Below are positions 25,676 to 37,700 of a stretch of 64,000 nucleotides of DNA, piece by piece. The translations under genes and the position numbers were made by a program. The notes under the pieces were generated by a model. It did no database searches and had not been told where the DNA came from. It worked only from the letters and a program-made list of their open reading frames with translations. How positions within the stretch are numbered: position 1 is the first letter of the stretch; each line of letters starts with the position of its first letter. Origin of the DNA: Paraphysomonas bandaiensis (lineage: Eukaryota; Protista; Chrysophyceae); the NCBI GenBank assembly GCA_965644295.1, contig CBFFRP010000001.1, positions 148,743 to 212,742 on the forward strand, in the 5' to 3' direction.

Positions 25676-27756
25676 CTAATGATAATTACTCGTATTATCG
25701 ATGTCACCGTCAGGAATAATATCATATTCACGCTGCTTAAAAGGATTGAACTGAGATATTCGTGCTGGCCACGGACTGCTGCTATTACTTCTGGGATACT
25801 CTCCTACTTGGCTTGATCTCTCCCATCCTTGTCTATTACCAAATAATCTTCGCGCAATACAACCAGTACACATTCCACCAATAATAATGCCTGTGAATTG
25901 ATAGTTAGGGGCTGTCGAGTAAAACTAGCACGAATACCTATACACAACGCCAGTAGAACTTTCCCCCAGTATTCAACGCTAGGCTCAGTTTCTAAGTAAA
26001 CCGGGTAGGAATTGACTTCGCGCAACATAAATCCGTGTGACCAACTCATCTGTATACAGTGCACGGGAGACATGACATGACGTATGATTAGATATGAAAG
26101 TGGATGAGAACCTGCAGCTCCAAAGACCCATCTGGTAGAGTGAACGTGCTATTGCCAATGAAATCATATCCATCTGTCATCATCATGCATCAGACAAGAA
26201 GAAAAAGCATGCCATTGACCTTCAAGCAGTGTCACCATGTAGCCTGCAAGGAAACAGGAATAAGGGAGAAGCTCAGCATGCCGCTGATCCTTGATAACAT
26301 CCGTCAGTCCAGCATCGTATAACACGAGATCGCTGAATGACATACTGCATAACTTCGTGGCTTTCTCTTTCAGCTTCTCCAGCGACGAGGTACCGGGCAT
26401 TTTCAGTAGCTGCCAAGAATATTTGATAAGGCCGGAAACGACAAACTTCGTAACGCCATTGTGCCCTGCAAGAGAAGGTTGATAAGCCCCTGCCAAACCA
26501 CACTGACCGCCATATACGTCCTGGCAGTAGGCACTGCGCTTAGTGTGAAATTGTCCAGATATTCCATCCATGCATCGCGCTAGTTGGTCTCCTGCGGGAA
26601 CAGACGGTCCGTGAACCTCTACTGACTTACGGGGGGAAATTGACGTCAGCACTGATTCACTGTAGCCAGCGTAGAAGCAGTATTCAAGAGCACGAGGAAC
26701 AACTGCAGACCCTTCCGAAACACTATCTGCAGCTGCATCTGCTACGTTGGCCAGGTGCATAGAACGAATATTCTCGAAGCCGTAAGAAGTGTACGCCCTC
26801 ACATAGAGATCCCAGTGTGCAGACCCTGCCAGCTGTACCCGATATGCACCTTCTGCTAGAGGCATATCTACTGGTCGAGAAAATGCTATATGCGTAGAAC
26901 TATCGCCCAAATAGATCACCCCAAGAGTGTGGGACAGTTGCCGCCTGCCATAAGATGGAAGCAAAATATCTAAAGCGTGATTGACAGCTGTCCAATGAAA
27001 GGCTGCCTCCTCTTCCCCTGATAACATCTGAACGAAATCGTCCTGGAAGAGAAATGGGGACAGGGTCGAGTTGCTAAAAACATTTCGCATTGTGCTAAGT
27101 ATGCGCTTCTGATATATCGGAGAAAGTGCCCTTGAACCGTCTGCAAATACAGGGTCGTCAACAACAGCTAACACCGAAAATACTTTACCGTACCTCCCAA
27201 AACAGCGTAGAGAGGATAAGACCCCAATTCGGTATCATGCTCAGACAATATTTCCTGGGCACTCGCAATCACACGCAAGAGCTGACTTCGAAAACGAGTG
27301 CTAGCCGGTTCTGACAAAAAGGAAACCACTCCTGGATAAAGACGATCCGACTGAGACGGCTTGGAGCGTGGTCGAGAAATCGGGGGAGCAGAGGCGTCAA
27401 ACAACCGCTACACAAATTCTTATTGCTGACTAATATATCAAGGTAACTTAAAAGTATGCACTTACCACGTTCCACGTAAAAACTTGAACATCAATGTAGT
27501 CGCTCTCTGCACAAAAAAATCGTTAGATCGGAGCAGATTCAGATCAGAGAACACGCCTCACATACCGGCAATAACGAGTACACATTTACGGGTTGAATAA
27601 GACAGATCAGAACCATCTGTGTAGCCTGCAACCAGATAAATCAAACAAACGACAGTTATTTCGTAGTATTAATTATATATGCAAGCACTATATCGTACAT
27701 AGAGAAAGGACAGCTAATATGCATCCGACAAGAAGATGTATCCCTTTCGATGACAT
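25676..27756 (-). CDS. GDA1/CD39 (NTPDase/apyrase) family protein with signal peptide and C-terminal TM; ACR motifs degenerate
   Basis: MSSKGIHLLVGCILAVLSL signal; ACR3-like SGEEEAAFHWTAVN; ACR4-like GVIYLGDSSTHIAF; Cys pattern and ACR5-like SWSHG; TM VLLALCIG|IIIGGMCTGCIA; ~6 introns. Confidence 0.8.
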
Positions 27757-27855
27757 CACTCACAACAGCATCAGCACAGAAGCCTTAGTGTCAGGACATT
27801 CGAGGAGGATGGCAAGAGCGAGCTGTGTTGAATAATGTACCTAGACACTGTAAAC

Positions 27856-27982
27856 GTATGTATGTATGTATGTATGTATGTATGTATGTATGTATGTATG
27901 TATGTATGTATGTATGTATGTATGTATGTATGTATGTATGTATGTATGTATGTATGTATGTATGTATGTATGTATGTATGTA
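27856..27982. repeat. (TATG)n microsatellite
   Basis: Perfect tetranucleotide run. Confidence 0.99.
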
Positions 27983-28724
27983 CTACGTAGGTACCATATG
28001 TAGGTAGCTATACGCGTATATCTTCGTAGTACGTGGATATCTTCCTGACGTTACAAGCTTTCTCCACTATTGGCATTCAAACCACATAATATCTACCACA
28101 TTATATTGCCGATACCTGACCTGTGCGCTTCTTGAAGTTGATAGTAGCTGTGGTCTGTACCATGGCCATCCCCTGAGCATGATCTGTAAAAATATACCAG
28201 AACACACCGAGGGAGGATGATGATCACCAAACCGAGAACAAACGGATCAGCAAAACCGTTAATCTACCTTCTATGCCAAGCAAATCACAAGGAAAGAACG
28301 AAGTAATCTAGGTCAGAGCTAAGTACTTATACTCACTTTATAGCAGTTACACGTCACATATCGTATCATACAGTATGAGCAGTACTGAATACATTGCCCA
28401 GTTGTCCATGATATTCACCTAGTCGAGAATAGAAATTTTGCTTGAACATGGAGCATATTGGTTAACGGAAAATCGTAATTGTTTAATAACATACTTACTC
28501 AATTACTCGAACGGTGTAGTCATGCCCATGTCGCTAGATATTCTTAAAAAGCAAGGTCAACTACAATGGAATGGACCCCCCCTCGTCTTTTCTATTATAC
28601 GGCTCATCAATGATTTCTTCTTTTTCATCTCTTAATCTTTGCAATTAGCTCTTAGAGTTTATCATTCTGCTTAACTTGCGTTAGGAGTACCACTTATTTA
28701 ATATTTATATCCTCGGGATAGTAT

Positions 28725-31700
28725 TGTAGGACTATCCACTTACATATAGAATATATACGTGTACATGTCCTGTATTATATGATTAGTAGTACAGTACTGT
28801 ATTGTATACGTGTACCATGTAGTTAGGAATACAAACTGTAGGGAATGTGATTGTTGTTGGGATTAGCAATAGCCGTTGATATTGTAGACAGTATTATTAG
28901 CCGTTGATATTGTAGACAGTATTATTCATGATTCATTATACGATAATAATCATTATTTTGTACTTCTGTACTTGGGTATTGCTTTGCACACATACACATA
29001 TGTATGCAAGCCCACAGTAATATTACTTAATAAGTAGTACTCAATCTCTGTGATATAACAATATTATGGGGGAAAGTAAGAGAAGCAAAATAAAAGCAGC
29101 TCCTCAAATAGAGGAATTGTTAGCTGCTTCGGGTTCTTCGTCTAAAAAGACGAAAAGAGAGAGAGAATCCTCTCGAAAACGAGCAAGAGATGCAACAACA
29201 TCATCTCAAATGCAATCTTCTCCTCAAACTGAAACATCAGTAGAGGCGGAAGGAGAATTGAGTGGAGTATCATTTCGTGAGCTCTCTTCTTCTCAACCAA
29301 AGAGAAAGAAGCAAAGGAGTGGAGATCCGCACCCCAACAGGAGTGAGCGCATTGACTTGAATGAAGTCATTGCAACGGAATCCACTCCACATGAAGTAAT
29401 CAATACCGACTCTATTCCCTACTTAGGTAGTGTGCAAGATGAGGATATCATCGAATTTTGTGAAAATCTCTCGAAAAGAGATCCTAAAGGGACAAAATTC
29501 ATAAGGTCAGAAATCATGGCACCAACAGTGCGTGATATGCTTCAGTTTCAGCGACAGCAGGATTTTGGAGATGAGTCTGACGAGGACTGGCTAGATCCTA
29601 ACATTGTAACTACTGAGGAATTGATTCAGTGGTTAAAGCAAGCCTTTCTAGAGGAAGAGGAGCGATACTCTGATACATTGGAGCCTCTTCCTAGGTTCAT
29701 AGATAATATCATTGGACCAAAAGTTAAGGTGGATATTCATGTTCCTAAAGTATTCTTAAAAGAATATGGACGTCTGAATGAGCTTTATAAGCTCATTCCG
29801 GAGGCAAGTCTCACAGAGGTCGCCTCGGATACCATAGTCAAAACCCTCAAAAAAAAACATCAAACTTGTGGGCGGACATTCCTTCAGAAAGGATGCCAAA
29901 GAGAAATTTATAGCGGATATAGGCCAAGGTCAATCTGCACCAAAAGATTTCGGAGCATTCTGTAGAAAGGTGCGAGAGCTTAACAATGACTATAGTCAAG
30001 CTGTGAGAAAAGTAAAGAGGATGGAAACTAAATTGGATTCCAAAGAAACGTCTAAGTCTAACAAGTCTAAGACTACAAAAACAACATCCTCCAGCTCATC
30101 CTCAAGTACTAAAGCAACAACTGATACTAAGGAAGCATGTTGGATATGCGGTAATCTTCATAAAGGTGACTGCACCCGCAAAACCTGTGCATGGGCTAAC
30201 CATGAAAAGAAGCCATGGAAAGATTCCACACAGGGCAAAAAATATGCGGCTATGGGTTGGAGTACCTGCCCTTATGTGGAGAATCCTGATGGTCCTCCGA
30301 GATCGAAAACAAGTAAGTTATCATGCCCTAAGTGTTTATATATAAATGCTATTGGCATGAATAATGATATGCTCGATGTCTTTGTATGTCCTAAAGCTGA
30401 TGTCAATGTACAACAGGTAAAGGAAAATCTAAGGGCTAAAGCCTTATTGGACACGGGGGCTACTGGGAATAATTTCATTAACCAAGAACTTGCTGATATG
30501 TTAGTTGCTAGGTATAATATTCCATTGCACGAGTGTAACATTAAAATTTGTAGTGCGCTTGATAATGCTTGTTGTAGTAGCAAGCAATATATGATAATAA
30601 CTATAAGATTAACTGATGAGTATAACAATACTCTTGATATTGAGTTGCAATGTTTGATTATAGATAGCACCTTTGATATCATAATTGGTAGAGAAACTAT
30701 CAAGAAATATAGATTAGTTGATCATTTTCCATCTCACTTTATGGAAAGAGAGTTAGCAGGGAAAATGCTAGCTACGGCCGCGGGCCATGCTGAGAAGACT
30801 CAGCTTCTCTCGGAACATATTAGTGAGAGAGCCACATGTTATAATAACATGGAAACATTAAGGCGCCAAGCTAAGGAACACCTTAGTTATAATAATAATT
30901 TACTTACAAGTAATAATAGCTTGGTTAGTACTATGTATTCACCTCCAATATCATCCATGCGTATAAGTGCATATGAAAAGGAAGATATAGGCGAGATTAG
31001 AGATAACTATCTGGAGTCAATCCCAGAAGAAATAGTTACAAATACTCAGGAAAAAGTAGAAGGTACTACGTTACCAACTAAAATCTCTGGTCCCGAATCT
31101 TTACAAAGGAGGGTGAGAGAAATCCATGAAATCTATAAGGATAGATTTAAAACCACAGTGTCGGATATGCCAATGGATGTTCCACCTTTTGAATTAGAGG
31201 TAGATAGGGATGCCTGGGAACAACCAAAACATTGTGGTCCGCCACGAAAGATGGATCGAGTACGACAGTATGCTTGTAAAAAGCAAATCGATACATTTGT
31301 GGAGCATGGAATAATACAACCAAGTACGGCTCCTTATTATAGCCAGGTATTATTAGTTCCCAAACCAAATGATAAATGGCGATTCTGTGTAGACTATAAA
31401 GGTCTAAACAAGCACACACAGAGGGAACGTTGGCCAATACCTAACATCAAAGAAATGTTAGAACGTATTGGGTCTAAGAAACCCAAATACTTCATAATTC
31501 TGGATTTAGTATCTGGTTATTACCAGGCTAAAATTTCAGAGTACTCGAGAAAGTGGACGGCATTTATAACCTTCTGGGGAGTATTCGAATGGCTCCGACT
31601 ACCCATGGGTTTGAGTGGTGCTCCATCATACTTTCAACGAGTATTAACAACAATTGTGCTTGCCGGGTTGATTATGTTCATATGTGAATTATATCTAGAT

Positions 31701-34259
31701 GACCTGATTATATATGCTTCTACAGAAGATGAACTAATTGAAAATTACGTTAAAGTTCTAGAACGCTTCAGGAAATACAATGTTTACATTAATCCTGAGA
31801 AAGTGAAAATAGGAGAGTCCGAAGTACAATATGTAGGACATACTCTAAATGAGGAAGGGTTACACTTTACTAGAGAACGTCTGGATAGTGTATTAAATTT
31901 CCCAAAGCCTGAAACTATGAAGGGTCTAAAATCTTTCCTCGGATTGGCAAATTATTTTCGGGATCACGTGCACAACCACTCCTTAGTGGTGAGACCGTTA
32001 AATAAAATGCTTCTCAACTATCATAGACGTAAACGTCTACAATGGACAGAGGATGCCAATGAAGCATTTGAAAAGATCAAATTGATGATCCATGAATGTC
32101 CAACATTATTTTTCATTGATGACGAGTCACCAATATATTTATTGACCGATGCATCTGATTATGGAATAGGAGCATACCTCTACCAAGTAGTAGATGGTGT
32201 AGAACGTCCAATAGGATTTCTCAGTAAAACATTCGATGAAAGAATGATGAATTGGGATACACCTCAGAAAGAAGGATATGCTATATACTATGCCTTAGAT
32301 AAATGGGACTACCTATTAAGGTATAGATACTTTACGATCAAAACAGATCATAAAAATATTACTCAGTTGAGAACTGATTACGCTAAGGATAAGAAAGTTC
32401 AGCGATGGTTGAAATGTTTCCAAGCATATGATTATGATCTATGTGATATTAAAGGATCTGATAATGTTGTTGCTGATGCATTTAGTAGACTATGTGCATT
32501 AGAATCTAAAATGGAAACAAAATGTGCTTCCCTAATTCCCGATATTAAAGTTCCAAACAAGGAATGGGAAATTATTAAAAGATTTCATAACAATGTTACA
32601 GGTCATCATGGTATTGGTCGTACAATACAAAAATTACGAGACAATGGTCATAAATGGTCAAAGCAAGGGGCACATGTGACAAAATTTATTAAAACTTGTC
32701 CTTGTTGTCAAAAGATGAGTAGAATTAAACCAATAATTAATGCTCATCCCTTTACTGTCTCAACATATGGCCCGATGCAAAGAATAGCAGTGGATTTTAT
32801 TCAGAGTCTGCATCCAGATGAGGATGGATACACTAATATATTAGTGATTATCGATTCTTTTTCTAGGTGGGTAGAATTAATCCCTACTAAGAATCTCACT
32901 GCCATGGCGGCGGCAAAGGGATTGCTTCAACACCTGGGTAGATATGGAGCACCTATTGAGATTCATTCGGATCTTGGACCAGCATTTGTGGATGATTTAA
33001 CAAAATCATTGATAGAAATGGTTGGAAGTAATCAATCATTTTCGATGGCGTATTCTAAAGAAGAAAATGCTATAGTTGAACGTGCTAATAAAGAAATTTT
33101 AAGGCACTTAAGGAATATTATATTTGATAAAAATGTACTAAATAATTGGTCAATGTATCTACCTTTAGTACAAAGAATTATGAATTCTTCTAAACATAGA
33201 AGCACCGGCGTTACTCCCGCTAGTATTCTATTTGGGAACGCAGTAGATTTAGATAAAAGTTTATTCATTGAACACAATGAGTACTTGGACGGGAACGAAC
33301 AAAAGCTATCACATTGGATAGATAGAATACAAAAGGTTCAGTCCACTATTATGGATATTGCAAGACGAAATCTTCGCAAACATGATGAAATCCACATGGC
33401 AACTGCACCAAATATACAAACAAAAGAATTTCCAATAAATTCTTATGTGTTAGTTGAGCATAGACAAAATGCTTTACGTCCTGGACCGGCAAGTAAATTA
33501 TTACCATATCTTAAAGGTCCAATGCGAGTAGTCAATGTTATTGGAGATAAATATACTCTTCAAGATATTGTTACTAAACGTAATAAAGACTATCATATAA
33601 AGAAATTAAGGGAATTTAATTACGATCCCTCTACTATTGACCCCTTACAAGTGGCATGTAAAGATGGTGGAAACTTTTATGCTATTGACCATATTTCAAA
33701 AATAAAAGGTCGAGCTAAAGGTCCGAAAAGTCAAATAAAATTTCTAGTACATTGGATAGGGTATGAAAAACCTACATGGGAACCATGGGCTAACGTTAGA
33801 AAAACGTATGCTCTACAAAATTTCCTAACTCAACATCCTGATGAAAATGTAAGAAATTTACTACCTCGAAATGTGGTTTATTCTTCTGATGAAGAAGATT
33901 AATAACAAAGTTTACAGAATTGAGTGTCAATATAACACATTAACACATCAATTATAAGGGGAGGTAGTGTAGGACTATCCACTTACATATAGAATATATA
34001 CGTGTACATGTCCTGTATTATATGATTAGTAGTACAGTACTGTATTGTATACGTGTACCATGTAGTTAGGAATACAAACTGTAGGGAATGTGATTGTTGT
34101 TGGGATTAGCAATAGCCGTTGATATTGTAGACAGTATTATTAGCCGTTGATATTGTAGACAGTATTATTCATGATTCATTATACGATAATAATCATTATT
34201 TTGTACTTCTGTACTTGGGTATTGCTTTGCACACATACACATATGTATGCAAGCCCACA
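28725..34259 (+). mobile_element. Full-length Ty3/Gypsy chromovirus LTR retrotransposon
   Basis: 292-bp LTRs 28725-29016 and 33968-34259 (TG...CA, identical by eye); 4-bp TSD GTAT; PPT AAGGGGAGGTAG before the 3' LTR. Confidence 0.97.
29066..33902 (+). CDS. Gypsy gag-pol (gag, Zn knuckle, protease, RT, RNase H, integrase, chromodomain); one frame break at an A9 run (29849-29857)
   Basis: CWICGNLHKGDC, LLDTGA, YLDD, TDASDYGIG, GHHG...CPCC, integrase core, FLVHWIGYEKPTWEP. Confidence 0.95.
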
Positions 34260-34763
34260 GTATAATAGCTTGGCTATCTTCCTTGAGATAGAGTCGTTGG
34301 TCTCCTTCCCTAAAACTTCCTAGTAGTTCCTCGTTTAAAGCGTTCCTAGGTTTCTTAAGTGCTTCAGAACATAATTTCAATCACATTGAACTTTGTTACA
34401 TTTCTTGTATCTGGAAAGTCATAAACAACTGTTCTTGCGTTCTGAGGTAATTATTTTTACTAATAATTTTATATCTCTCAATATCTGAATAATTGATTCA
34501 TTCCTTGAGTTTACATGTTTTCTTTTCTTGGGATTCATATAAGCAATAACTATTTAGAAACCTTCCGGGAGTTCTATTTACGTTTTCATCTATACTATTT
34601 TTTTATGTCACCCGTGTCGTGTAACTCTGTATAAAATATTATGCTTTGTTATCTCTTAAATTAATTATCATTATCAGGTAGATAGAAATGCGTTGGCTTT
34701 TCTCTTTGAAAAGATATTCATTATTCATTGCACGAAGTGTTTAATTTTAATTATTCCAAACCC

Positions 34764-37700
34764 AAATAAGATTTAAGGTTAGTCTTAATATTTAGTAAGA
34801 ATATACTTGATATTATTAGAGATAAAGATTGAACGATAAGGCCTAATAGTATAATAGCAAGACACGTTTGAGCAGAGCGTTAGCACCACACACATGTGCG
34901 TATCTTGTACAGTCGCGTATCATGTATAGTTTGGTAATTATTCAGTCTATTTGGTATTTCATTGTATATGTGTGTTGTATTCACGCGTTAAGAGATATAC
35001 GTGAATCAATGACTCCTAATACTCCCCCTCAATGAAATAATCATATGGCGTATACATAGATATATGGATATAGGTGTATATATTTGGAGATAGTTCTACT
35101 GAGGGTAAAACCCACGAGTGCAATCACAGATTGTGGATTACACTGATGTCAACATACAGCATACTCGTGGGAAACTCCGTAGATCTCTAAGTCATCCATC
35201 GTGGTCTCTTGGTTGAGTTCTCTGCCGGTGGGATAGATACTTTTGTTCTTTTATTGCTAGCAGGTATGTTGATACCTCCCCCCCCCATTAGTGAATCCCG
35301 CAATCTGTGGAACGTGTTTGATGTGAGGGGTTTAGTTAGAATGTCGGCCAGCATCTCGTTTGTAGGCATGTAATCAACAATAATAGAGTGCGATGCGACT
35401 TGTTCTCTTATGAAGTGATATCTGATGGCAATATGTTTTGTTCGTCGGTGGTGTACGGGGTTTAGGCATAGTTGAATTGCACCTTTGTTGTCACACCATA
35501 TGGTTGTTGAGTATGGCATGTGGAAGCCCAATTCCGAGAGTAGTGACCGTAGCCAAATAGCTTCTTGACATGCTGTTGATAGTGCCATGTACTCCGCTTC
35601 TGTAGAGGATAGAGCTACAGTGGTCTGGAGTCGTGATTGCCAGGAAATGAGACAATTTCCAATAAAGAAGCAAAACGCTGTGGTCGACCTGCGAGTTAAG
35701 TTACAGCGTGCCCAATCACTGTCAGCGAATCCAGTTAAAGTAACAGACTTCCCGGAGTACTGTAGACCTTGATCGATAGTGCCTTTGAGGTACCTAAGTA
35801 TGTTTAATGCGGCTTTGCATGTAGTTAGATTTGGATTAGTACTGAAACGAGCAAGGGTGTTTACAGCATATGCAATATCAGGTCTAGTGCACACAGCAAT
35901 ATACATAAGTGAACCTATGAGCTCCTTGTAAGGAAAATTTTGGACAAATTCTTGATTTTCTTGAGATAGTTGTTTCTTTTCGAGAATGTCTATATGAAAA
36001 TTTGTTGTCATGGGGTGACTACGTGGCTTGCAATCTTCCATGTTGAATCTGTGGAGTAGGTTCCGTATGTATTGAGATTGATTTAGTGTCGTAGTTCGAT
36101 TCTGTATATCCTGTTTGACGAATATGCCGAGGTAGTAATCTAGGAGGCCGAGATCATGAATGTCGAATTTTTCAGCTAACGAATTCTTGATTTGGATGAT
36201 GTCAGTCCTACTTTTACCGGCGATAATGATGTCATCGACGTAAACTGCCAGAATTATGGGTCGACCATTGATTGATTTCGTGAATATGCACGGGTCGGAC
36301 ACTAATCTGGTAAAACCACAGTCTAACAAATAATTAGTACAACATTTATACCAATTTAACCCGGACTGTTTGAGTCCGTATATACTCTTTAGAAGTCTGA
36401 GGACTTTACCGTTTGGAACATTGAGACCAGCGGGTGGATACATGTAAATTTCCTCTTGGAGGTCTGCATTGATGTAAGCAGTGGAGAAATCTACCTGGTG
36501 AAGCTCCAACCCAAGTATAGTTGCTAGTGCTATGACTGTTCTCATTGATGTGGCCTTTGCGACTGGGCTGTAGGTTTCGTTGTAGTCTTTACCCTCGACC
36601 TGGGAGAAACCTTGAGCCACTAACCTCGCCTTGAAGGTAACCTCATCTCGCTTGACCTTTACCCTAAACACGAATTTTCCCCTTATAATGTTGGAATTTG
36701 CTGGTGGTGTCGTTATCCTCCAACAGCCTTTGCTCTCTAGAGACTTGATTTCTTTGTTGATGGCTTTCAGCCATTGTTCCTTGTACCTGCCTGATAGTGC
36801 CTCGCCAACATTGTTAGGTGTGTTAGGTACATCATTGCTACATGTGTCATTTGCATGCATAATGATGTCAACATCATTCATGTATAATGTTCTGTAACTA
36901 TCATGTTTATCAGGTGTTTTGTGGTTGTACAAATATCTTTTATCAACATCACAGTGGTATATATTATCACCGAATTTGTGTACATTCATGATTACCCTTT
37001 TCCTGGTCTGCCTCTTGCTGTGGAGACTTTTCTTTACGCAACGGCTCACCTTGTGTCGGTGGGGTGTCCTTACACCCGTAATTGTGCCATCCGGGCTTTG
37101 CCGGCTCCTGTCACCCTGGGAATTCACAGTCTTGATAGCTCGTTTGACCTTACGAGCAGGGTGATCACGCTTGTTGTCACCCCGTGCCTCCTTCGGCACT
37201 GTATTCCGCTGAGCTTCTGCTGTGCGGCGAGGCCTTGCCTCCTTTTCATTTGAGTAGGGTCCTCTCAAATGGCTGTGACTCCCGCCCCGTGTGGCGTCAT
37301 GACGGCTGTCGGTTGAATTGCTCCTCCCTGGAGCTGTTCCTTCCACGGGGCATCCTGGTTCCTCTTGCGGGGGTGATACCGCGTTCTGATAACTGAAGTG
37401 CTCGGCGGTGTATCTTTCGATGTCCGCAGCGTGTATTGGGTCATTTAACTCGATGACTCGCCCTTCATTTTCTCGTGGGGCCAATCCTCTGTAAGCAGCC
37501 ACGTGGCCTTTGATGACTGTGATTCTTGTCGTGATGTATTGGAGGCCATCCTGTGGATCTGTGTGGGTCATTCCAACGAGGTATTGGAAGCTCTCGGTTG
37601 TTCGATTCTCTGAATTTTCTTCTCTCAGTGATGATTCGATTTCAGCGTAGTAGTTTTCCTTGACGTCGGGGATGCACTCATTGAAAAAGACGTGACTTGA

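Noticed and set aside
29845-29870. Programmed -1 gag/pol frameshift
   Set aside because: The shift needed is +1 and lies inside gag at a homopolymer
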